A stretch of DNA of 64,000 bases, from assembly GCA_037308085.1 (NCBI GenBank), contig CP147779.1:384001-448000 (forward strand), in the 5' to 3' direction. The notes below the pieces were generated by a model that worked only from the letters and a program-made list of their open reading frames with translations, made no database searches and was not told where the DNA came from. Each line of letters opens with the position of its first letter. Position 1 is the first letter of the stretch. This document shows, in pieces, positions 9,354 to 18,580 of this stretch. The position numbers and the translations under genes were made by a program. This DNA is from Promethearchaeati archaeon SRVP18_Atabeyarchaeia-1. Lineage in GTDB: Archaea; Asgardarchaeota; Atabeyarchaeia; Atabeyarchaeales; Atabeyarchaeaceae.

Positions 9354-10529
9354 ATGAAGCTAACCACTGAAGAGAAGAAGATGGCTGATGGCGAGTACGG
9401 CCATGCCACTCAGAAAGCGATGGAGATACTAGTTACATTGGGGGAGATCTATGAAGCCGAACGGATGATTCCAGTCAGTTCAGTCCAAGTCTCTGGTGTA
9501 AGTTATGCAAATCTTGAAGAAGCGGGGCTTGAGTGGCTGGCTGAGATGGCTAAGGACGGAAAGGTTCGTGTACTTACTACATTGAATCCAGCAGGTATGG
9601 ATCTTGAAGATTGGAAGAAACTTGGGATAAGTGAGGATTTCGCCAGAAATCAACAGCGAGTAATCGATGCGTTTTCTCGGATGGGGATTATCACAACGTG
9701 TACATGTACCCCCTATCTCGTCGGAAACGTACCCCACTTTGGTGAACACATATCGTGGGGAGAGAGTAGCGCAGTCTGCTATGCTAACTCGGTACTCGGA
9801 GCCCGTACCAACCGTGAGGGGGGACCCAGTGCCCTTGCTGCAGCATTGACTGGAAGAACACCGGAATATGGCTTTCATCTGGACAACAAGAGACAACCAC
9901 AAGTGAAAGTCCAAGTACAGGCAACACTGAATGGCACATATCAATTTGGCGCTTTAGGAAAGGTTCTGGGCGAAAAGTTGGGGGAAAAGATTAGTTATAT
10001 CACAGGAATCCCAAGCGCATCAGTTGAGGAACTCAAATCCTTCTGTGCCTCCTATGCTACCTATGGGGGAGTTGCCCTCTTCCACATTGAGGGGATAACT
10101 CCCGATAGAGTCAGCCAAATTCCTGTTGAAACAATTACGGTTACGGATGAGCACATCAAAGCTGCGATAAGTGCTTTGAATGAAGAAACATCTATCGATT
10201 TTGTCAGTATTGGTTGCCCACACGCGACATTGGCTGAACTCGAATACATTGCCAAGAAATTGAAAGGAAAACAAGTGAAGAAAGAGGTCTGGATAACGAC
10301 TGCACGCCCCACGAAGCAAATGGCAGACCGGATGGGTTTCACCAAAATGATCGAAGGAGCTGGAGCCAAGATTGCTGCAGATACTTGCTGTGTCGTGGCT
10401 CCCATAAAAGGGAGATTTGTTGGATTAGCCACCGACTCGGCTAAGGGCTGCTATTATGGATCAGGGAAAAACAGGTTCAAGGTAAAATTGATGTCCATCG
10501 ATGAATGCATTGAGGAGGCGCTTAGGTAG
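9354..10529 (+). CDS. Aconitase X large subunit, probably phosphomevalonate dehydratase large subunit
   Basis: SGVSY, CTCTPY, ESSAVCYANSVLGARTNREGG, IGCPH, DTC, TDSAK. Confidence 0.9.
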   Translation: MKLTTEEKKMADGEYGHATQKAMEILVTLGEIYEAERMIPVSSVQVSGVSYANLEEAGLEWLAEMAKDGKVRVLTTLNPAGMDLEDWKKLGISEDFARNQQRVIDAFSRMGIITTCTCTPYLVGNVPHFGEHISWGESSAVCYANSVLGARTNREGGPSALAAALTGRTPEYGFHLDNKRQPQVKVQVQATLNGTYQFGALGKVLGEKLGEKISYITGIPSASVEELKSFCASYATYGGVALFHIEGITPDRVSQIPVETITVTDEHIKAAISALNEETSIDFVSIGCPHATLAELEYIAKKLKGKQVKKEVWITTARPTKQMADRMGFTKMIEGAGAKIAADTCCVVAPIKGRFVGLATDSAKGCYYGSGKNRFKVKLMSIDECIEEALR

Positions 10530-10919
10530 ATGCAGCTAAAAGGAAGAAAAATCTACAAAGGCAAAGCAGAAGGGGAAGCACTCGTAACGAAACAAAGCAT
10601 CTCATTCTACGGTGGTGTTGACCCGTCAACTGGAACGATTGTGGAACGGGGACACGAGCTAGAGGGAAAATCGATCACGGGGAAGATCCTTGTATTCCCG
10701 ACGGGAAAGGGATCGACTGTTGGATCCTATGTACTTTATCAAATGTCTAGGAATGGCAAAGGACCGAAAGGACTCGTCCTAAAAGAGTGTGAGGCAATTG
10801 TGGCAGTCGGATGCATCATTGGCGGAATCCCATGCATTGACCACATAGACATCGAGAAGCTAGCCACGGGTAACCACCTCATCCTAGATGCGAACAAATC
10901 TGCTTTGGAGTTCAAGTAA
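10530..10919 (+). CDS. Aconitase X swivel subunit (DUF126), phosphomevalonate dehydratase small subunit
   Basis: ISFYGGVDP, GKGSTVGSYVLY; abuts the large subunit. Confidence 0.9.
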   Translation: MQLKGRKIYKGKAEGEALVTKQSISFYGGVDPSTGTIVERGHELEGKSITGKILVFPTGKGSTVGSYVLYQMSRNGKGPKGLVLKECEAIVAVGCIIGGIPCIDHIDIEKLATGNHLILDANKSALEFK

Positions 10920-11015
10920 AACCCGGTAGAAGAGTCTTTGTCTCAGAAGAATCAACTATCCACTGTTGGAGCAGTGGACTTCCCGCAGATCTCGGTGGCT
11001 GGCAGTTGCCGTTTC

Positions 11016-11927
11016 TCAGTCAGCATCTTCCTTGGAGAGCTGTTCCATAATCTTCATAATGACTGACTTATCGAACCTGTCAGCGAGGTCCTGTGCTTTC
11101 AGAAGTTTTCGGTGAGGCACATCATACCTAGGTACAAGGAGCACAACTCCCCAGATCTTTGCATATTTCTCCTCAACTACTGAATCACTTCGCTTAATTG
11201 AGTCGACGGGTATTTTGCACTCTCCTTTCCACTTGGCCAAGGGGAGCCCCCCGATCTCATCTGTGAAGTATCTCTTCCTCAAGATCTTCATGGGAAGTTT
11301 CAGTTTTTTCTCTTGAATTGGGGTTTGCCTTAAGGATTTCACGAAATAGACACAGTTGAATAGTTTCGGCAACAGAATGTATACGTCTCCCTTCTTTAAG
11401 ACCGAGAGGTTCTTTGTTTCAAATGACTTGTCTGGCTCGATCTGCCGAAATGACTCCATGATTCTGACGGGAACTGCGAATCTCGATCTTGCAGTTCTCA
11501 TTTGTGCAATGATGCTAGCGATTGCTGCAATAATCAATCCAGCAAACATAAGACCGATGGAGAAGATGAAGGGGAAGGTACGCTCTTCAAAGGGAATCAA
11601 GGTGATGACTACGAGAACCATTGCAAGACCTAGAATAATCAATCCCATACCTGCAACTAATATTTTCAGCGGGTACTTGGGCTCCCTCGTTTCATAGATC
11701 CTGCGTCTGCCATACTTGATCAAGATGACAAACCCGGCTAAAAGAACTACAAATGCGATTATGATGACCATCATGACTGTTTCAAAGCTATATTGAGTTA
11801 CGATCAATCTTGAGAGACTGATGATGATCATAGAGACGGCGATCATTATCCATGCCAATATTGATGCTTTTCGGCTTCCTCTGAACCGTGGTTCTTCCTG
11901 GACTTGCTCAGTCATTCCTGCCACCAC
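11016..11927 (-). CDS. Hypothetical membrane protein (about 4 N-terminal TM helices plus a soluble domain)
   Basis: 303-aa ORF with four hydrophobic stretches; no motif recognised. Confidence 0.65.
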   Translation of the reverse strand: MVAGMTEQVQEEPRFRGSRKASILAWIMIAVSMIIISLSRLIVTQYSFETVMMVIIIAFVVLLAGFVILIKYGRRRIYETREPKYPLKILVAGMGLIILGLAMVLVVITLIPFEERTFPFIFSIGLMFAGLIIAAIASIIAQMRTARSRFAVPVRIMESFRQIEPDKSFETKNLSVLKKGDVYILLPKLFNCVYFVKSLRQTPIQEKKLKLPMKILRKRYFTDEIGGLPLAKWKGECKIPVDSIKRSDSVVEEKYAKIWGVVLLVPRYDVPHRKLLKAQDLADRFDKSVIMKIMEQLSKEDAD

Positions 11928-12038
11928 ACCAATCCTCGAATCAGGGCACTTGATGGGAATCCCCCAAGCGGAACCCCTACAAATAAGTCATGAGGCGAGA
12001 ATTCCTATTAACCTTATTTTCGACAATATGCATCATAG

Positions 12039-12692
12039 TGTCGAGAGATTTGTAAACTACCACCTATTGAAATTAGTCAGGAAAGTATAGACCTGATAGT
12101 CACTTCACCGCCTTACAATGTGGACATAAGATACAACGCACACGACGACAAGATATCTTATGAAGAATATTTAGAGTTCTCAGAGAAGTGGGTGGCTCGT
12201 TGTTTTGAATGGTTGAAAGAAGACGGCAGATTCTGCCTCAACATTCCATTGGACAAGAACAAGAATGGACAACAAAGCATTGGGGCATACTTGACGACTA
12301 TCGCTAAGAAAATAGGCTTCAAGTACCACTCTACAATAGTTTGGAATGAAGGCAACATTTCAAGAAGAACTGCTTGGGGTTCTTGGAAGAGTGCCTCTGC
12401 TCCGTTTGTAATCGTCCCAGTCGAGTTAATTGTAATTCTCTACAAACAGAGCTGGAAGAAAACGAGTGGCAATGGAGTCTCGGACATTTCTAGGGACGAA
12501 TTTATGAATTGGACAAATGGTCTTTGGACTTTTCAAGGAGAAAGCAAGAAGAGGACGGGGCATCCCGCACCTTTCCCAGTAGAACTACCTAGACGATGCA
12601 TTAAGTTGTTCAGCTTTGTCGATGACGTAGTTCTAGATCCGTTTCTAGGTAGCGGGACGACTCTGGTCGCTGCTGCGCTCAACAACCGAAGA
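12039..12692 (+). pseudogene. Truncated beta-class N4-C/N6-A DNA methyltransferase
   Basis: In-frame [14 protein letters not shown] (motif IV) upstream of the ORF-track start with no canonical start codon before it; HPAPFP; [11 protein letters not shown] (motif I); the sequence then switches to RadA. Confidence 0.75.
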
Positions 12693-13005
12693 CAGCTCTT
12701 CAAGATGGTTCCCGACCAGAACGTCAAACTCATTGTACTCGATTCTATGATTCAGCACTTCAGAGCTGAGTACCCAGGAAGAGAGAACCTTGCGACCAGA
12801 CAGCAGAAACTGAACCTTCATCTTCAGGACGTGAAGAGGCTGATGAGAGGGAGACGCAAGAATCGCCAAGATACTGGATGCCCCTGATCTCGATCCCAAT
12901 GTCGAAGTTGCCTTCAAGATTACTGAACAAGGTGTGGAAGACATGGTGGCGGGCGAGGATAAGGCAGAATTGTCAGAAGAAGCTGAAGTCATTCAGGTCT
13001 TATAG
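12693..13005 (+). pseudogene. Fragmented RadA/Rad51-family recombinase C-terminus
   Basis: LIVLDS (Walker B) and [20 protein letters not shown]; after an internal deletion and frameshift, [11 protein letters not shown]...VAFKITEQGVED ending at TAG 13003-13005. Confidence 0.8.
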
Positions 13006-13250
13006 ATGGACAGGACAGTATTGTCCGATCCGTCATGGAGTCTGAGCAGACATTTCTCTCCGTTCGTTACCGCGACTGCATTGAAAACATCCCCAGAGCG
13101 AAGCATTTCGTTCAATGCCTTCGTGTCAGGATGAAGTAAGGATAGTATCTCATGTTCACATTCACAAACCTTGCTGACGGCCTGAAATTGTAGTGATCAA
13201 TCGTTGTTAAATATCATGAGGATTACTTGCATTAACAAGGTGGCTTTCAC

Positions 13251-14057
13251 GTGGATATCTGGAAGTATCACGACATAAGGCACAGGCGGCACCGGTTCTG
13301 CAACCCAATAGGGAATGAGAAGTTTGAGGAATTATGCAGGCAGCTTTCTCTCAGAAAAGGAGCTCGTGTTCTCGACATGGCTTGTGGAAAAGGCGAATTC
13401 CTTGTTCGCCTAGCAGAACTGTACAGGGTTCAAGGAATTGGAGTTGACATATCACCCTACTGTGTCAGGGATTGCCGAGAAAGATACAACGCTCGGGTTC
13501 CAACGGCGAAAATTGAGTTTCTTGAAATGGACGCTGCCAAGTTTGAACCTGAGTCACTGGAGAGCTATGATCTTACGATGTGTGTTGGGGCAACTTTTGT
13601 CTATGGCGGCTTCAGCGAGACTACCCGTGCTTTGAAGAAGATGACAAAGCCAGGGGGACTTGTGCTTGTGGGAGAAGTATTCTGGCAGAAGGAACCTGAT
13701 CCCGAGTATCTGGAGATGGTCGACAAAAAAAGAGAGGAATTTTCCACTCATAATGAGAATGTCGCGGCTGGGGAAGAGGAAGGGCTTAACTGCCTGTGCA
13801 CCGTCGTGAGCGACCACGACGACTGGGATCATTATGAGAACCTTAACTGGTGGTCTGTCAACGACTATCTTCTGGCTCACCCTGAGGACCCTGATATTGC
13901 TGAGATTCTTGAACGAACGGAGAAGGAGAAAGAGATCTATCTTCGCTGGGAGAGGGATACGCTGGGATGGGCAATCTACGTGTTCTGTCAGAGTAAAAGA
14001 CAAGGTTTCAGGAGAAACCAGGGACATCAAAGAGGAGAAGATTACTCTCAAGGGTGA
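13251..14057 (+). CDS. Class I SAM-dependent methyltransferase (YjhP-like)
   Basis: VLDMACGKGE, GIGVDIS, CVGAT, KPGGLVLVGE, WDHYE. Confidence 0.85.
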   Translation: MDIWKYHDIRHRRHRFCNPIGNEKFEELCRQLSLRKGARVLDMACGKGEFLVRLAELYRVQGIGVDISPYCVRDCRERYNARVPTAKIEFLEMDAAKFEPESLESYDLTMCVGATFVYGGFSETTRALKKMTKPGGLVLVGEVFWQKEPDPEYLEMVDKKREEFSTHNENVAAGEEEGLNCLCTVVSDHDDWDHYENLNWWSVNDYLLAHPEDPDIAEILERTEKEKEIYLRWERDTLGWAIYVFCQSKRQGFRRNQGHQRGEDYSQG

Positions 14058-14326
14058 ACTTGAGGACTGAACTATTCCTAATGCCTATTGACTGGGTAAA
14101 TGCAGAAGGGAGGTTATTGAAATAGGTGGCTTGTGCTCGTGGTGAGAAGCATGGTTGCCAGCTAGTGCTTGCTCGCCGCCATGGCACTGGAGGAAGATGT
14201 ATGGCGGCTCTTTGCCCAGATGCCAGGACCAGAAACGTTGCAGCGAAAATCGAGAGCTCCGGAGGAAAAGCAATACTCACAAATAAGATGGACCAGGGTG
14301 TAACCATTGTTCTCTTAGAGATCTGA
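14050..14326 (+). pseudogene. Decayed C-terminal remnant of a GHMP kinase, probably a former mevalonate kinase
   Basis: RLLK*VACARGEKHGCQL...GTGGRCMAALCPD...VAAKIESSGGKAILTNKMDQGV resembles the archaeal Mvk C-terminus (ARxAGAxGAKLTGAGGGGCMIAL...IExAGGKA). Confidence 0.5.
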
Positions 14327-14373
14327 TATGCTCATCCATATTCAGTTGCGATTCATTAATGTTCCTAGGTTCC

Positions 14374-15228
14374 TCAAGGCATGATCAAGGTTCCGAGATG
14401 CTTCCCTTTTAGAGCCTTCGAGACATTCCCTTCTTCTAAAGCGTTAAAAACGATTGAAGGGACACCTAGAGTCCCAACAGATATCAGCTCCTTGAACTTG
14501 AGGCTCATCCCACCGTCTACATCGCAATATGAACTATCTTTGGGATTCAGTGAATTCCTCTCTGCCAAGTTGATGCTCTCGATTAGCTTGGCTTTTGGAT
14601 TTTTTTTCGGGTCATCGGTGAAGATGCCTTCGACGTCTGTGCCACAAGCCACGAGATCCACGTCTTTTAGCTCCTTTGCGCACAGGTAAAGGATAGTATC
14701 CCCAGAAAGAACTGCAGCGTTACCATTCTCATCGAAGACAAGGTCTCCGAACAGAATTGGCACATACTTGGGAATAAGACACCTGATCTTCTGGAGGTCG
14801 AAAGACGCGTCAACGCCAACCCAAGGTCGATTCTTGTCTCTCTTCGTTACAGTAAATAGTGAGCGCGGAGGAAGGCTAATTGCCGGAATACCATTGCTAA
14901 CCATCTCATTGACTAAAATGAGATTCTCCAATAGAACAGAGTACGATGTTAATGGCCAACCAACCAGTTCCTGTTGGCTTACGTCCAATTTGAGGAACTT
15001 GCTTACGGGGAAGTGTCCGAAGACACCTGCACCATGGACTATGATCAAATAGCCGAGACTGGAAAGGGATTCCCGAATCTCTGAACATATTCTTTTGACG
15101 ACCTCACGTCTGATGAATCTGGAGGAATTCTTCCATATCCCAGTTGCAGTGAGCGGGAAGTCCGTGAAACCCTTGTAGGTGACGACACTCCCGCCGAGTT
15201 TAAGAATGATGTTTCGCTTCTCTGGCAC
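14374..15228 (-). CDS. ipk: Isopentenyl phosphate kinase (amino-acid kinase family)
   Basis: ILKLGGSVVT, IVHGAGVFGH, PILFGD, LSGD, DVDGGMSLK; GTG at 15228 preferred over the ORF-track start 15360. Confidence 0.88.
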   Translation of the reverse strand: MPEKRNIILKLGGSVVTYKGFTDFPLTATGIWKNSSRFIRREVVKRICSEIRESLSSLGYLIIVHGAGVFGHFPVSKFLKLDVSQQELVGWPLTSYSVLLENLILVNEMVSNGIPAISLPPRSLFTVTKRDKNRPWVGVDASFDLQKIRCLIPKYVPILFGDLVFDENGNAAVLSGDTILYLCAKELKDVDLVACGTDVEGIFTDDPKKNPKAKLIESINLAERNSLNPKDSSYCDVDGGMSLKFKELISVGTLGVPSIVFNALEEGNVSKALKGKHLGTLIMP

Positions 15229-15430
15229 TGCCCAGGCACCCACATTAGCATTAATGATTAGCGGGGACACTCTGTTCAAAAGGCTAAACTGTAATATAAT
15301 GTTACTGTACTCCCAATCATTACGAGGAAAAGACAACCTGAATACTGCTGAGTGCTGCATCTTTATCTATCTTGGCTGTGTTCCAGTGAGGGTATTGAAA
15401 GCTGATGAAGACGGAGAGGAAGAAGAAGAG

Positions 15431-16567
15431 TTGCCAGATCACATCACAAGTGAGAGAAAACTCGACCATATCCGCATATGTTTGACGAAGGATGTCCAGT
15501 CTTTGCATAAGAGACCCGGATTTCTCGACATTGAGCTAATTCACAATGCTCTCCCAGAAATAGACCTGAGCGACGTGAGCACTGAGACGGAGTTCTTCGG
15601 GAAGAGAATTGCTGCGCCGCTAGCCATAGCGGGAATGACGGGAGGGCATCCAATAGCCATGAGAATAAACGAGGCGCTGGCGAAGGCGGCCCAAGAAGCA
15701 CGAATTGCAATGGGGATAGGCAGCCAGAGGGCAGCAATCGAGGATCCATCACTTGAAGAGTCCTACTCAATTGTGAGGAAAGTCGCCCCAGATATACCGA
15801 TTATTGCAAACCTTGGTGCGCCCCAACTGTCAAGAGGGTACGGGATAGGTGAGGCTAGGAAGGCTGTTGAAATGGTCGAAGCTGATGCTCTGGCCATCCA
15901 TCTTAATCCTCTGCAGGAAGCGGTTCAAACCGAGGGAGAAACCAAGACCAGCGGAGTTCTTGATAAGATTGGCAGGATTGCCAGTAAGCTTGACGTCCCT
16001 CTCATAGCTAAGGAAACCGGGTGCGGTATTGCTTACGAAGAAGCCTGCAAGCTTCTTGACTGCAATGTAAAGGGCGTAGACGTAGGCGGAGCTGGAGGAA
16101 CAAGTTGGGCTGCCGTCGAAGCTTACAGAGAACTGGCTCAGACTCCAAGCAATGCCGATGGATATCACATGGGATTAATTTTCAGAGACTGGGGAATTCC
16201 AACGGCTGCGAGCGTTCTGGAAGTCTCATTAGTGAAGAGCCTCACGATCATAGCTACGGGTGGCGTAAGGAACGGAATCGACGTGGCCAAGTCCATTGCC
16301 CTAGGGGCAAACATAGCGGGGGTAGCACTGCCCTTGCTGAGTCCTGCGTATTCCGGTGACCAGACGACATTAGCAGCAATGATCAAGAGGATGATCAGAG
16401 AGCTGAGGACTTCCATGTATTTGACTGGGTCAAAAGACTTGAAAGACCTGGCAACAGCCAACTTGGTGATCGGAGGAGAATTGGCCGAATGGGTCACGGC
16501 GAGAGGGATCGACCTCAAGAGCCTTGCGAAGAGAAGGTCGCCACTTCCAAAGCGAAGCACACCTTAG
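15431..16567 (+). CDS. fni: Type 2 isopentenyl-diphosphate delta-isomerase
   Basis: RKLDHI, GMTGG, GSQRAA, HLNPLQE, KETGCG, GAGGTSWAAVE, WGIPT; start taken at TTG 15431. Confidence 0.95.
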   Translation: MPDHITSERKLDHIRICLTKDVQSLHKRPGFLDIELIHNALPEIDLSDVSTETEFFGKRIAAPLAIAGMTGGHPIAMRINEALAKAAQEARIAMGIGSQRAAIEDPSLEESYSIVRKVAPDIPIIANLGAPQLSRGYGIGEARKAVEMVEADALAIHLNPLQEAVQTEGETKTSGVLDKIGRIASKLDVPLIAKETGCGIAYEEACKLLDCNVKGVDVGGAGGTSWAAVEAYRELAQTPSNADGYHMGLIFRDWGIPTAASVLEVSLVKSLTIIATGGVRNGIDVAKSIALGANIAGVALPLLSPAYSGDQTTLAAMIKRMIRELRTSMYLTGSKDLKDLATANLVIGGELAEWVTARGIDLKSLAKRRSPLPKRSTP

Positions 16568-16640
16568 CAGGGGAAAGCTGAAGACAACTTTCAAACATCC
16601 ACAGAAGCACAAGGCTTTTATGCAATTCCGCTTTACCGAA

Positions 16641-16699
16641 TTACACCTGAAGATCTGAATAGCTGAAGATGATCCTCTGATAAGGGGTGAAACGTACTT
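16641..16699 (+). promoter_or_regulatory. Candidate K-turn-containing 5' leader of rpl7ae
   Basis: Imperfect closing stem TTACACC/GGGGTGA around TGAAGA, GATGA and three CTGA; TATA-like CTTTTA near 16615. Confidence 0.4.
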
Positions 16700-17080
16700 T
16701 TGTCAAAGAAGTTTGAAGCTCCAAAGGAGCTCGTCGACAAGGCGTACCAGTTGGTCGACATAGCACACAAGAGTGGAAAAGTTAAGAAAGGGACAAATGA
16801 ATCTACAAAGGCTGTTGAGCGAGGCTCTGCAAAGATCGTTGCCATAGCCGGAGATGTTGATCCCCCTGAGATTGTGGCGCCGTTGCCTTACATATGTGAC
16901 GAGAAAAAGATTCCCTTCATATTTGTTCCGAGCAAAGAGAAACTCGGAAATGCTTGCGGAATCGATGTGGCTGCCGGCGCGGTTGCAGTCACTGAGGCAG
17001 GCGAAGGTGACAAGCTCCTGAAGGAAATTGTTGAGAAACTAAAGGAATTAAGAGAGACTGGAAAAACAAGGAAAGAGTGA
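16700..17080 (+). CDS. rpl7ae: 50S ribosomal protein L7Ae (eL8)
   Basis: KKGTNESTKAVERG, DVDPPEIV. Confidence 0.97.
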   Translation: MSKKFEAPKELVDKAYQLVDIAHKSGKVKKGTNESTKAVERGSAKIVAIAGDVDPPEIVAPLPYICDEKKIPFIFVPSKEKLGNACGIDVAAGAVAVTEAGEGDKLLKEIVEKLKELRETGKTRKE

Positions 17081-17208
17081 ATGGCGCGACAAGACGCCTC
17101 AAGCAGGTTTACGGCACCGAAAGCACTATCAGAAACGAAACTCTGCCCAATTCCAGTCACTTTTCGTTAAGATCGTCAGGATCCTTGTAGAAAGGATGGG
17201 TTAGCAGT

Positions 17209-17436
17209 ATGTCAAGGGCATCTCAAATGGAAGATTTGTCAATACCCGCAGAGGTTATACAAGTGGTTGGAAGAACGGGAGTAACGGGCGAGATAACTCA
17301 AGTCAAAGTCAGAGTCCTTGAAGGTCGTGACAAGGGAAGAATACTGACCAGGAATATCAAAGGTCCTTGTCGAGTTGGAGATATGCTCGTTCTGCGGGAG
17401 ACGGAGAGGGAAGCTAGAAGACTAAGGACACCATGA
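17209..17436 (+). CDS. rps28e: 30S ribosomal protein S28e
   Basis: [29 protein letters not shown]. Confidence 0.97.
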   Translation: MSRASQMEDLSIPAEVIQVVGRTGVTGEITQVKVRVLEGRDKGRILTRNIKGPCRVGDMLVLRETEREARRLRTP

Positions 17437-17479
17437 AGATCGGAAACTGCGGGGATCGGAGAAACGCGGGTTGGTTCTC

Positions 17480-17743
17480 ATGGTTAGGGAAATCAAGTGT
17501 TCGTTCTGTGGTTCGGCCATCGGGTTCGGAACTGGAATAATGTATGTTAAGAACGATGGCGTAGTCATGAATTTCTGTTCATCGAAATGCAGAAAAAGCA
17601 TGATCAAGCTTCACAGGGATCCAAGAAAACTCAAGTGGACGATGATGCACCCGAGTTCCAAGTCGAAGAAAGGTGTACAGGAAGCAGCCAAGAGCCCCAA
17701 ACGCCCGCAAGGGGCGGAGAAGACTCTCCGGCGTCGCAGGTAG
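17480..17743 (+). CDS. rpl24e: 50S ribosomal protein L24e
   Basis: [29 protein letters not shown]. Confidence 0.96.
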   Translation: MVREIKCSFCGSAIGFGTGIMYVKNDGVVMNFCSSKCRKSMIKLHRDPRKLKWTMMHPSSKSKKGVQEAAKSPKRPQGAEKTLRRRR

Positions 17744-17783
17744 ACGGGGCAAGATAGAGTCAATTTGGGCAGATAGCGTTCAG

Positions 17784-18482
17784 CTATTGCTTCTTTGCTC
17801 GATCCATAAGGCAAGTTTCCAATAGAACGGATGAGAATCCCTTTAGATATTTCCTGTCATGTTCCTGAAATTCTCCGTTGAGTAACGCCGTCAGGGTCTT
17901 CCCTCCGCTTTCCTCGTTGATCTTTCCATCAGCCAATCCCAAGCAGGTCTTACGGAGTTCTTGAGTATGGTCGGGAAATTTCCTGGACCCATAGTCCCTG
18001 ACATATGAATCAATTTGCTTTGCCACTGATCTTGGAGCGCCTTTCTTTAGACCGGCTTCCCGTTCCCAGAGACCGAGTTCCTCGGTAGCTGTCTGGTCAG
18101 CGTCTGACGCATGAGCGACATTGACCCCCCCATATATCCCGTACTTGCCTCGAATGGTATCGGGTTCAGCTTTATGAGCGAAAGTTGATCCCAGCACTTT
18201 TCTTATCTGCTGAATAACGCCTTCACCTTCGACGCGCATTGCGACCACAGGACCAGAGGTAATGAATCTTACAAGCCAATCATAGAAGGGCTTTCCTTCG
18301 TGGACGGCGTAATGTCTCTTAGCCAACTGAGTTGATGCAACCATTTCTTTGAAAGCTGTAGGTATGAGACCGTTTGACAGAAGAATTTTTAACGTCTCGA
18401 CGCCTACAAATCTTCTAAGAACGGCATCAGGCTTTAATATCAGTAGACTCTCTTCAACCATTCTCATCATCAACCAGCCCAA
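17784..18482 (-). CDS. ndk: Nucleoside-diphosphate kinase with C-terminal extension
   Basis: ILKPDAV, HYAVHEGKPFY, SGPVVAM, TIRG, NVAHASD. Confidence 0.92.
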   Translation of the reverse strand: MGWLMMRMVEESLLILKPDAVLRRFVGVETLKILLSNGLIPTAFKEMVASTQLAKRHYAVHEGKPFYDWLVRFITSGPVVAMRVEGEGVIQQIRKVLGSTFAHKAEPDTIRGKYGIYGGVNVAHASDADQTATEELGLWEREAGLKKGAPRSVAKQIDSYVRDYGSRKFPDHTQELRKTCLGLADGKINEESGGKTLTALLNGEFQEHDRKYLKGFSSVLLETCLMDRAKKQ

Positions 18483-18580
18483 GTTGTATATCGATACCCA
18501 TTAAAACCATTCGGTTACTTTCTTGCTTCGTGACTGATGCTACTACTTATGTTAGCACATATCTGCTCAAGAGGAGTTGA

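Noticed and set aside
14374-16567. Extended, mutually overlapping N-termini of ipk (15360) and fni (15179)
   Set aside because: Family motifs start near 15228 and 15431; the interval between is a divergent promoter region.
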